Shown here in pieces: positions 9,554-16,589 of a stretch of 64,000 nt of DNA (positions within the stretch are counted from its first letter, which is position 1; each line of letters starts with the position of its first letter). The position numbers and the translations under genes are program-made. The stretch is taken from the NCBI GenBank assembly GCA_963700285.1, contig CAVOXA010000001.1:640001-704000 (forward strand), given 5' to 3'. The notes under the pieces are model-generated. The model was not told the DNA's origin and did no database searches. It saw only the letters and a program-made list of their open reading frames with translations. This DNA comes from an uncultured Chloroflexia bacterium. Lineage in GTDB: Bacteria > Chloroflexota > Anaerolineae > JAAYZQ01.

Positions 9554-10540
9554 ATGCACTATCGTGAACTGGGACGTACCGGCTGGCAGGTTTCCGAGAT
9601 CAGCTTTGGCGCTTGGGCGATCGGCGGCAGTTGGGGCGCAACCGACGACGCCGAGTCGCTGGCTGCCCTGCACCAGGCGCTGGACCTGGGCGTCAATTTT
9701 ATCGATACGGCTGATGGTTATGGCAATGGCCGCAGCGAAAAGCTGATCGGCCAGGTGTTGCGCGAACGCAAGAGCGAACGCATATACGTGGCTACCAAGG
9801 CCGGACGGCGGTTGTCGCCCCACGTGGCCGAGGGCTACAACCGCGAGAACCTGACCGCCTTTGTCGAGCGCAGCCTGAGCAATCTGGGCGTGGAGACCCT
9901 GGATCTGCTTCAATTGCACTGCCCGCCCACCCAGGTCTTTTACGAGCCCGAGGTTTTTGGCGTGCTCGATGATCTTATGGCCGCAGGCAAGCTCCGGCAC
10001 TATGGCGTCAGCGTCGAAAAGGTAGAGGAGGCGCTCAAGGCCATCGAGTACCCCAGCGTCAAAACGGTGCAGATAATCTTTAACATGTTCCGCCACCGTC
10101 CGGCTGATCGCTTCTTCGCTCAGGCCAAGGAGCAGGGGATCGGCATTCTGGCCCGTGTGCCCCTGGCCAGCGGTCTGCTGACCGGCAAAATGCGGGCCGA
10201 CACGGCCTTCGAAGAGGACGACCACCGCTACTTCAACCGCCACGGCCAGTCCTTCGACGTCGGCGAGACCTTCGCTGGCGTGCCTTACGAGGTGGGTCTG
10301 GAGGCCGTTGAGGAGCTGCGGCCCCTGGTACCGGAGGGTGCCACTATGGCCCAGATGGCCTTGCGCTGGATCCTGATGTTCGACGCCGTTAGCTGCGCGA
10401 TCCCCGGCGCCAAGCGCCCGCAGCAGGCCGTTGAAAACATCGCTGCCAGCGACCTGCCGCCCCTGAGCAACGAGACCATGGCCGCCGTGGACGACATCTA
10501 CGATCGTCTGATCCGACCCTACGTCCACCAGCGCTGGTAG
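9554..10540 (+). CDS. Aldo/keto reductase
   Basis: GVNFIDTADGYGNGRSE, LDLLQLH, GKLRHYGVS, AIPGAKRPQQ. Confidence 0.95.
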   Translation: MHYRELGRTGWQVSEISFGAWAIGGSWGATDDAESLAALHQALDLGVNFIDTADGYGNGRSEKLIGQVLRERKSERIYVATKAGRRLSPHVAEGYNRENLTAFVERSLSNLGVETLDLLQLHCPPTQVFYEPEVFGVLDDLMAAGKLRHYGVSVEKVEEALKAIEYPSVKTVQIIFNMFRHRPADRFFAQAKEQGIGILARVPLASGLLTGKMRADTAFEEDDHRYFNRHGQSFDVGETFAGVPYEVGLEAVEELRPLVPEGATMAQMALRWILMFDAVSCAIPGAKRPQQAVENIAASDLPPLSNETMAAVDDIYDRLIRPYVHQRW

Positions 10541-10561
10541 GCTGCTCTGTCCCCTGAAGCA

Positions 10562-10684
10562 CCGGGGCACTCCAAACTCAGAGAGGAGCGAGACATCCCC
10601 TGATGCTGAGCGGGGCCACTGGCATGAAGGCGTGCTCGCTCCTCGATCTGAGAGTCATCCCACATCCACCGGGGAGCGAGACAC
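10562..10684 (-). mobile_element. Hairpin-rich element end truncating the neighbouring gene, possibly an IS110-type non-coding end remnant
   Basis: Terminal TGTCTCGCTCC is repeated inside a long hairpin (GAGGAGCGAG 10583-10592 / CTCGCTCCTC 10635-10644). It abuts the break point of the repeat protein. Confidence 0.35.
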
Positions 10685-11583
10685 CCCCCCGGCGTAGACC
10701 ACGCCCCCGCTCTCCGCCAGGGCATAGACGTTGCTGCTGGCATTGGGGTCCCAGGCCGTGACCAGGCCCGTGCCGGCGTCCAGGGCGGCGATATAGTTGC
10801 GCGCCTGGCCGCCGATGGTGGTGAAACTCCCCCCGGCGTAGACCACGCCCCCGCTCTCCGCCAGGGCCTGGATGATGCTGTTGGCATTGGGGTCCCAGGC
10901 CGTGGCCAGCCCCGTGCCGCCGTCCAGGGCGGCGATGTAGTTGCGCGCCTGGCCGCCGATGGTGGTGAAAGCCCCCCCCGCGTAGACCGTGCCCCCGCTC
11001 ACCGCCAGGGCAAGGACGGGGCCGCTGGCGCTGGGGTCCCAGGCCGTGGCCAGCCCCGTGCCGGCGTCCAGGGCGGCGACGTAGTTGCGCCCCTGCCCGC
11101 CGATGGTGGTGAGCCCGCTCCCGCGTAGACCGTGCCCCCGCTCACTGCCAGGGCAAAAACTCCGTCATCGGCATTGGGGTCCCAGGCCGGGTCCACCGTA
11201 TAGTCGGGCAGGATGTGGGCGATGTTGTTGCGGGCCAGCCCGCCCACGTGGCTGAAGCTGCCGCCGATGTACCAGCCCCCGCTGCCATCGGGCACAACGA
11301 CATCGACCTCCGAGCTGGCGAATCCGGCGACGACTTTGGGGTACGTGGCTAGCGGGGAACCGCTGCCGCTGTCCAGGGGCACACCCGGGCCGGTGTTGGG
11401 CCCGACATAGTCAAAGTCTCCGCCAATATAGAGGGTGTTGCCCGAGACCAGCGTGGCAGAGACCAAGCCATCGGTGCCCCACAGGTCGGGCCGGATCGGC
11501 TCGTCGGCTTGGGCCGGCAGGGCCGACGCCAGAAACGCCAGCAGGACCAAGAAGCTGATGAACGTGCTCGCTCGCTGTGCCAT
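10655..11583 (-). pseudogene. Secreted beta-propeller-like repeat protein (AWDPNA repeats), frameshifted and 3'-truncated
   Basis: Signal peptide MAQRASTFISFLVLLAFLASALPAQA. 48-aa repeats VYAGGxFTTIGGQARNYIAALDxGTGLATAWDPNA are split over several frames, and the gene ends abruptly at ~10684. Confidence 0.7.
10685..11190. repeat. Tandem ~144-bp coding repeats (~3.5 units)
   Basis: GGCGTAGACCACGCCCCCGCTCTCCGCCAGGGC at 10691 and 10835; further degenerate units near 10980 and 11123. Confidence 0.85.
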
Positions 11584-11722
11584 TGTACCGCTCCTTTGTG
11601 ATGCGGCTCCGTTGAGGCAGCCTGGAACCGAGTTCAAGCAGGGATGCGCGGGTCGCTCCATGCAGGCGAGGGTCTGTCCCTCCTCCTCCCGCCGGCATGA
11701 GCCGGTTGGCCCAGCGCCAAAG

Positions 11723-11751
11723 AGTATATCATAGATCCTGCCGCGCGTCAA
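11723..11751 (-). promoter_or_regulatory. Sigma70-like promoter for repeat protein gene
   Basis: TTGACG-17-TATACT on minus strand. Confidence 0.55.
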
Positions 11752-11772
11752 TTGCGGGGGAAAAGCTTCAGG

Positions 11773-11870
11773 AAAGCGCGATGAAGCATGCCCTGAGCGA
11801 AGCCGAAGGGCGCGCACTACGAACAAGCCCCGCCCAGCACGCAACCGTTCGTAGCCGGCGATTTATCTCC
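11773..11870. repeat. GTAG-type REP/REPIN-like inverted pair, copy 1
   Basis: CTACGAAC...GTTCGTAG inverted pair flanked by GC palindromes; contains a CCCTGAGCGAAGCCGAAGGG insert absent from copy 2. Confidence 0.5.
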
Positions 11871-12313
11871 ATGTCCACAACTCCCTCGCTCCCACCATTC
11901 CTCGGCTCCTCCCACAGGGCTGATGTAGGACAAACACTGACAGGCATGCGAGCCCTTCGCCTACAACGGGATCAGACTACCACCGATAGACTTGAGCATA
12001 CCAAAGGTGTACAATCTTGAGTACTGGAAAAGCTCAAGGTCTACTAATGACACCGATCCTGTCACTGCGAGGCCCGCCGTTTGGGCCGAGGCACCGCCAC
12101 GAGACCTCGCAGTGACAGTCTCCACTTGTGTAGTTGGGGATTGCTTCACTCCGGCAAAAAGCGCCTCCGCTCGCAATGACGAGGTCAGGTGTCATTCCAT
12201 TTAGAGTGGCGCCCCGCGCCATGGAACACTCGCGAGGACAGGGCCGGACAAAGTTCGCAACCTAAAAGTTTATGAATACTACTTGAGGAGGGTACTATGT
12301 TCAAAAAGACTAG
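11850..12313 (+). repeat. Duplicated promoter/leader and first codons of the CSLREA gene, copy 1 (interrupted by MITE)
   Basis: 11850-12047 matches 14706-14903. 12198-12313 matches 16491-16606 with one mismatch seen, including the RBS and ATG TTC AAA AAG ACT AG. Confidence 0.9.
12041..12200. mobile_element. 160-bp MITE-like element with IS110-type ends (CTACTAA...CAT)
   Basis: Subterminal IRs AATGACACC/GGTGTCATT and an internal GTCACTGCGAGG/CCTCGCAGTGAC hairpin. It occupies exactly the site filled by IS110 in copy 2. Confidence 0.7.
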
Positions 12314-12524
12314 TACAACCTCTTCAAAGAGATTTTGATATAATCGGATAGAGCCGCTTGAGCTTATTGCGAGCGTCAATGGACGTGAACTGCCAATTCA
12401 CAGTTGCTTGCTGCCCATTGCGTATTGCTTCCCAGGCGGCAATCTCGCGGCACAACGTATCTTCGTCGGGGATACGGTCCGCCAGGCATTGTTCGCACAA
12501 GACGCCAATCTCTATCTCGACCAT
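12313..12524 (-). mobile_element. IS630-family transposase 3' remnant
   Basis: MVEIEIGVLCEQCLADRIPD...AWEAIRN...VNWQFTSIDARNKLKRLYP is an IS630 C-terminus. It sits at TA within CTAG, cutting the duplicated gene at codon 5-6. Confidence 0.8.
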
Positions 12525-12594
12525 TGTAGTGACCCCCAAAAACTGGACAGGTGCGATAGTTAATGTACAATCAGTCCAGGAAAGGGGAAACCGA

Positions 12595-12900
12595 ATGGCA
12601 AAGCGACGAAACTTCAAGCCGGAGTTCAAAGCCCGCCTCGTGCTCGAAGAGCTGACCGGCGCCAAGACCATGGCCGAGATCTGCCGGGAGCACCAACTGA
12701 GCGCGCCCGTCTTCTCTCGCTGGAAAGCCGAGTTCCTGAAACGGGCACCCGAGATCTTTGCGACGGAACCGAGCCGCGGCGACGAGCAGCAGCGTATCGC
12801 CGAGCTGGAACGGATGGTCGGGCGATTGACGATGGAGCTGGAAGCGGCAAAAAAAGCCTCGAGCATCTTGACCTCTCACTTGAGCGGAAACGGCAGGTGA
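12595..12900 (+). CDS. IS3 transposase OrfA (HTH)
   Basis: MAKRRNFKPEFKARLVLE...EICREHQLSAPVFSRWK...LERMVGRLTMELEAAKKA. Confidence 0.88.
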   Translation: MAKRRNFKPEFKARLVLEELTGAKTMAEICREHQLSAPVFSRWKAEFLKRAPEIFATEPSRGDEQQRIAELERMVGRLTMELEAAKKASSILTSHLSGNGR

Positions 12901-13741
12901 TCCACATGCTGGCCGACGACTATTCTGTGAGCCTGCTGTGCGAGCTGCTCGGGTGTCCCAGGAGCAGCTACTACTACCAACCCAAGCTGCAAGACGAGAC
13001 CGAGGTCAAGAGCGCTATCGAGGATGTGGCGATCGAATGGCCGACCTACGGCTACCGCCGAGTCACCAAACAACTGCATCGCAACGGACGGGACGTCAAC
13101 CACAAACGGGTGCAGCGTCTGATGCGTGAGATGGGACTGCAGGTCAAAACCAAGCGAAAAGCCCGGAAAACGACCAATAGCGAGCACGATTTCCCACGCT
13201 ATCCGAACCTGGTCCAGGACATGGAGATCGTGCTACCCCGATCAGGTCTGGGTGTCCGACATCACCTACATCCGCTTGCGCGACGAGTTCGTGTACCTGG
13301 CCGTGATCATGGACGTGTTCACGCGCAGCATTCGTGGCTGGCACCTGGGACGCAGCCTCGACCAGACGTTGACCCTGATCGCCCTGGACCGCGCGCTGGC
13401 CGGCCACGCACCAGAGATTCACCACTCGGACCAGGGTATCCAGTACGCGGCCACAGCCTACATCCAGATGCTTCGAGCCGCTCGGCGCCGAGATCAGCAT
13501 GGCCGAGATCGGCGAGGCCTGGCAGAACGGCTACGCCGAGCGGCTCATCCGCACGATCAAAGAGGAGGAGGTTGACCTGTCGGAGTACGAGTGCTATACT
13601 GATGCTGTCTCCCAGCTGGGCCGATTCCTGAACGACGTCTACATGCACAAGCGGATCCACTCCTCGCTGGGCTATCTCACGCCAGCCGAGTTCGAGGAAC
13701 AGTGGCGCCGTGGGCGTGAGCAGCCTCTCGATGTTAACTAA
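12897..13741 (+). pseudogene. IS3 transposase OrfB (DDE integrase core), frameshifted near 13236 and 13480
   Basis: YGYRRV, WVSDITYI, HHSDQGIQY and NGYAERLIRTIKEE are distributed over three ORFs. Confidence 0.85.
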
Positions 13742-13781
13742 AAACGGCTCCAAAAGTGTCCAGTTTCATGGGGTCACCGCA

Positions 13782-14576
13782 GTGCCCACCAGATGCACAC
13801 GGTGCGGCGTTGGAGGAAAGACCACTACGAGCAATGGCGCTACCACTGGGTGGTGCAGGTGCCAATCCGCGCGGGAGCCAAGGCGGTGCGAGTCAACTGG
13901 TGTGAAGTGACCGTTGTTCGCGAAGACAGCGGTGAGCAGGTCTATTACAATACCTGGATCACCAGTCATGATCTGAACACCAAGACCATCGAGGAAGTGG
14001 CGGATGCCGGGCGTACCCGCTGGAAGGTGGAGAACGAGGGATTCAATGTGCTCAAGAACCAAGGCTATCAGTTCGAGCACAACTTTGGCCACGGTCACCA
14101 GCACCTGTCGACGGTGTTACTGACGATGTTGTTTCTGGCTTTTCTCTTCCACACCGTGCTACATCTGACCAGTCGACTGTACGAGGCGCTTCGACAGGCC
14201 ATCGGCGCGCGGCGCGAGTTCTTCAACGACCTGCGTGCGCTGACCTGCTACCTCTACTTCCCCGGTTGGGACGAGATGCTGACCTTCATGGCCATCAAAC
14301 AAGAAGTGGCACTGAGCTGACCTAGTTCTCCTCGCCATCGTTTTGCCTTGGCGGTGCTGCTCCTCAAGCAGGCCACGACTTGAGGGCCGATATCCCCTGC
14401 TGGCTGCACTCTTACTCGCCTAGGCATCTTCGCTGCTCGGCTCCCTCGCCTCCTGCGGCGACCCACCTCGACTCCGCTTCGCCAGCTTACGGCAACGCCA
14501 TCTGCCATCCAAGTCGCCGGGACTACGCCTCGGTTCCCGTGTCAAACTCTCTACTCACCTAAAATAAGAATTGCTG
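13782..14576 (+). mobile_element. ISNCY-type transposase 3' remnant (CDS fragment to 14320) with right end
   Basis: GRTRWKVENEGFNVLKNQGYQFEHNFGHG motif; probable terminus GAATTGCTG at 14568-14576. Confidence 0.75.
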
Positions 14577-14594
14577 TCACAAAGCCACTATGGC

Positions 14595-14623
14595 TTGACA
14601 AGGTGCAACGGTTATGGTATAAT
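14595..14623 (+). promoter_or_regulatory. Perfect consensus sigma70 promoter
   Basis: TTGACA-17-TATAAT with TGn extended -10. Confidence 0.75.
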
Positions 14624-14652
14624 GTAAAGTGTAAAAGGTGGACAGCGCCTCA

Positions 14653-14726
14653 GAAAGCGCGTGAATCGCGCGCTACGAACAGGCCCCACCCAGAGCGCAA
14701 CTGTCCGTAGCCGGCGATTTATCTCC
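14653..14726. repeat. GTAG-type REP/REPIN-like inverted pair, copy 2
   Basis: AAAGCGCGTGAATCGCGCGCTACGAAC ... GTCCGTAGCCGGCGATTTATC. Confidence 0.5.
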
Positions 14727-14899
14727 ATGTCCACAACTCCCTCGCTCCCACCATTCCTCGGCTCCTCCCACAGGGCTGATGTAGGACAAACACTGACAGG
14801 CATGCGAGCCCTTCGCCTACAACGGGATCAGACTACCACCGATAGACTTGAGCATACCAAAGGTGTACAATCTTGAGTACTGGAAAAGCTCAAGGTCTA

Positions 14900-16282
14900 C
14901 TAAGAAACCGTGGTTGAAGGTGCATGGTTGGGTATCAATTCGAATCCCATGGCAGCCGCCTTGCGCTTGAGGCTACGTACAACTCGATCGCGATACTGCT
15001 GTTCATAGTAGGAGACGCCAGGATCAGTGTAGGCCGTGCGGTTCTTTAACATGAAGTAGACAATCCGCGCAAGTTTGTGAGCAGTAGCTGTGAGGGCTTT
15101 GGCCGGACCCTGCCTCGCCTTCATGCGGCGGTAGAATGCGCCAACTGCACACTGGCTTCGGCTCAGGCTCTGAGCAGCCAGCCTGAATGCCAGATTGGCT
15201 CTGTTCTTGGTCTTCTTGGTGCGCCTGCGCAGTACCTTTCCGCCTGACGTATCGTTGTGGGGAGATAGACCTAGCCAAGAAGTGAAGTGCTTTACAGTGG
15301 GCCAAGCACTCACATCTGTGCCAATCTCGGTGATGATCGACTGGGCCGTCAGGGCATCAATGCCATCAATGGCAGTCAGGTCTACACCCACGACCTGATA
15401 GAGCGAAGCTGCTAGGTCAAAGTGGGCTTGGTTCTTGCGCGGCTTGCCCCTCTTTGGCTTAGGTGGCGGAGAAACCAGATCCTCTGGATCGGAGGGAGCC
15501 ATAGCAGCGTACATTGCCTCCATCTCTGTGTCACACTCCTGAAGCTGTTGCTGGTAGAAGTCGTATTGAGCCACCGCCTGCTTTAGGACAAACACGTGTT
15601 CCTGCTTGTAGTTGCCGTCCAGAGCCTTGGCAATCTGTTCTTCACTCTTGGCACAGCCTGGCTGTCGAAGCTCAGCCAGCTGGTGAGGGTCTCGCTCTCC
15701 AGCCACAATGGCGCGGATGATGCTCAGACCTGTCACACCGGTGATATCAGTGACAACCTGGCTTAGCTTCACATTCATCAGCTGCATGGCTTTCTGCATG
15801 TGCTGGATATGGGCAGAACGATACCGAATCAAGTTGTCCCGATGTCTGGCCAGCGCTCGTAGAGCGCATATCTCTTCAGGGGGCCGGAACGAGGCACGCA
15901 ACAGACCGTATGTGTGCAACTGCTGAATCCACTGAGAATCGTGGATGTCTGACTTCCGCCCAGGCACGTTCTTGACATGGCGGGCATTGACCAGGTAGAC
16001 TTCAAAGCCTCGGGCCTCGAGGATCTCGAAAACTGGGATCCAATAGATGCCTGTGGATTCCATCGCTACTGTGTCAATCTTGCAGGCCGTCAACCAGTCG
16101 GCTAACTCGTGCAAGTCAACAGTGAAGGTGGGAAAGACCCGCACCCGGTGTTCGTCCCGGCCACCTGGGACACAAGCGTAGATGTCCTCTGGATGAATAT
16201 CTAGTCCAGCAGCATTGAGATTAATCTGCTCCAGGACATCAAAGTCCGGAGCCTTCACAGCCGATTTCCTGCGTTTGGCCAT
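14900..16282 (-). CDS. IS110-family DEDD transposase / bridge recombinase
   Basis: AAGLDIH, VAMESTGIYW, GRKSDIHDSQW, FTSWLGLSPHNDTSGGK, KALTATAHKLARIVY. The start is probably ATG 16282 behind AGGAG. Confidence 0.95.
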   Translation of the reverse strand: MAKRRKSAVKAPDFDVLEQINLNAAGLDIHPEDIYACVPGGRDEHRVRVFPTFTVDLHELADWLTACKIDTVAMESTGIYWIPVFEILEARGFEVYLVNARHVKNVPGRKSDIHDSQWIQQLHTYGLLRASFRPPEEICALRALARHRDNLIRYRSAHIQHMQKAMQLMNVKLSQVVTDITGVTGLSIIRAIVAGERDPHQLAELRQPGCAKSEEQIAKALDGNYKQEHVFVLKQAVAQYDFYQQQLQECDTEMEAMYAAMAPSDPEDLVSPPPKPKRGKPRKNQAHFDLAASLYQVVGVDLTAIDGIDALTAQSIITEIGTDVSAWPTVKHFTSWLGLSPHNDTSGGKVLRRRTKKTKNRANLAFRLAAQSLSRSQCAVGAFYRRMKARQGPAKALTATAHKLARIVYFMLKNRTAYTDPGVSYYEQQYRDRVVRSLKRKAAAMGFELIPNHAPSTTVS

Positions 16283-16310
16283 TTTGGGGTGACTCCTACT
16301 CATAGATTAG

Positions 16311-16456
16311 GTGTTCAGACCCGACTATCCATCGCCAACGTAGGCTACTAAACGGGGTCCAAAGGCCACCAATGATCAAGCCACCGATAGTCGGAACCAC
16401 ACTCGCGAACGGGCACTTGCGCACCATTGCCTCGACGGTCTTTGCTGTCTGAACAC
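16311..16456 (-). ncRNA. Putative bridge/seek RNA of the IS110 element
   Basis: Closed by a 10-bp IR GTGTTCAGAC/GTCTGAACAC with inner stem CCGACTATC/GATAGTCGG. The loop contains TTAGTAG, identical to the element end. TATAAT at 16460-16465. Confidence 0.6.
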
Positions 16457-16589
16457 TGTATTATACACTGAAGCGCAAGTAGGTTTCTTACATTTAGAGT
16501 GGCGCCCCGCGCCATGGAACACTCGCGAGGACAGGGCCGGACAAAGTTCGAAACCTAAAAGTTTATGAATACTACTTGAGGAGGGTACT

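Larger units (their letters stand above)
12525..13781 (+). mobile_element. IS3-family insertion sequence
   Basis: IRL TGTAGTGACCCCCAAAAACTGGACA, IRR TGTCCAGTTTCATGGGGTCACCGCA; orfA/orfB with an A7G slippery site at 12849-12856; no target duplication. Confidence 0.93.
14897..16493 (-). mobile_element. IS110-family insertion sequence (intact)
   Basis: Ends are defined by comparison with the duplicated locus. Subterminal IRs TAAGAAACC(14901-14909)/GGTTTCTTA(16482-16490), a full transposase and a structured 5' non-coding region. Confidence 0.88.

Noticed and set aside
7083-10570. Long antisense ORFs (7083-8366, 9215-10570; likewise 56150-57397, 60051-60917, 62202-63545)
   Set aside because: Shadow frames opposite well-supported genes in high-GC DNA, with no recognisable motifs
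10685-11190. Regularly spaced repeats as a possible CRISPR array
   Set aside because: Units are 144-bp coding repeats without unique spacers, and no cas genes are in the window
11697-12020. ORFs 11697-12020 and 14661-14876 with identical C-termini
   Set aside because: Identity is explained by the duplicated non-coding leader; no RBS or protein motif
12324-12866. 180-aa ORF on minus strand
   Set aside because: Chimera of IS3 orfA antisense sequence and the IS630 C-terminal remnant
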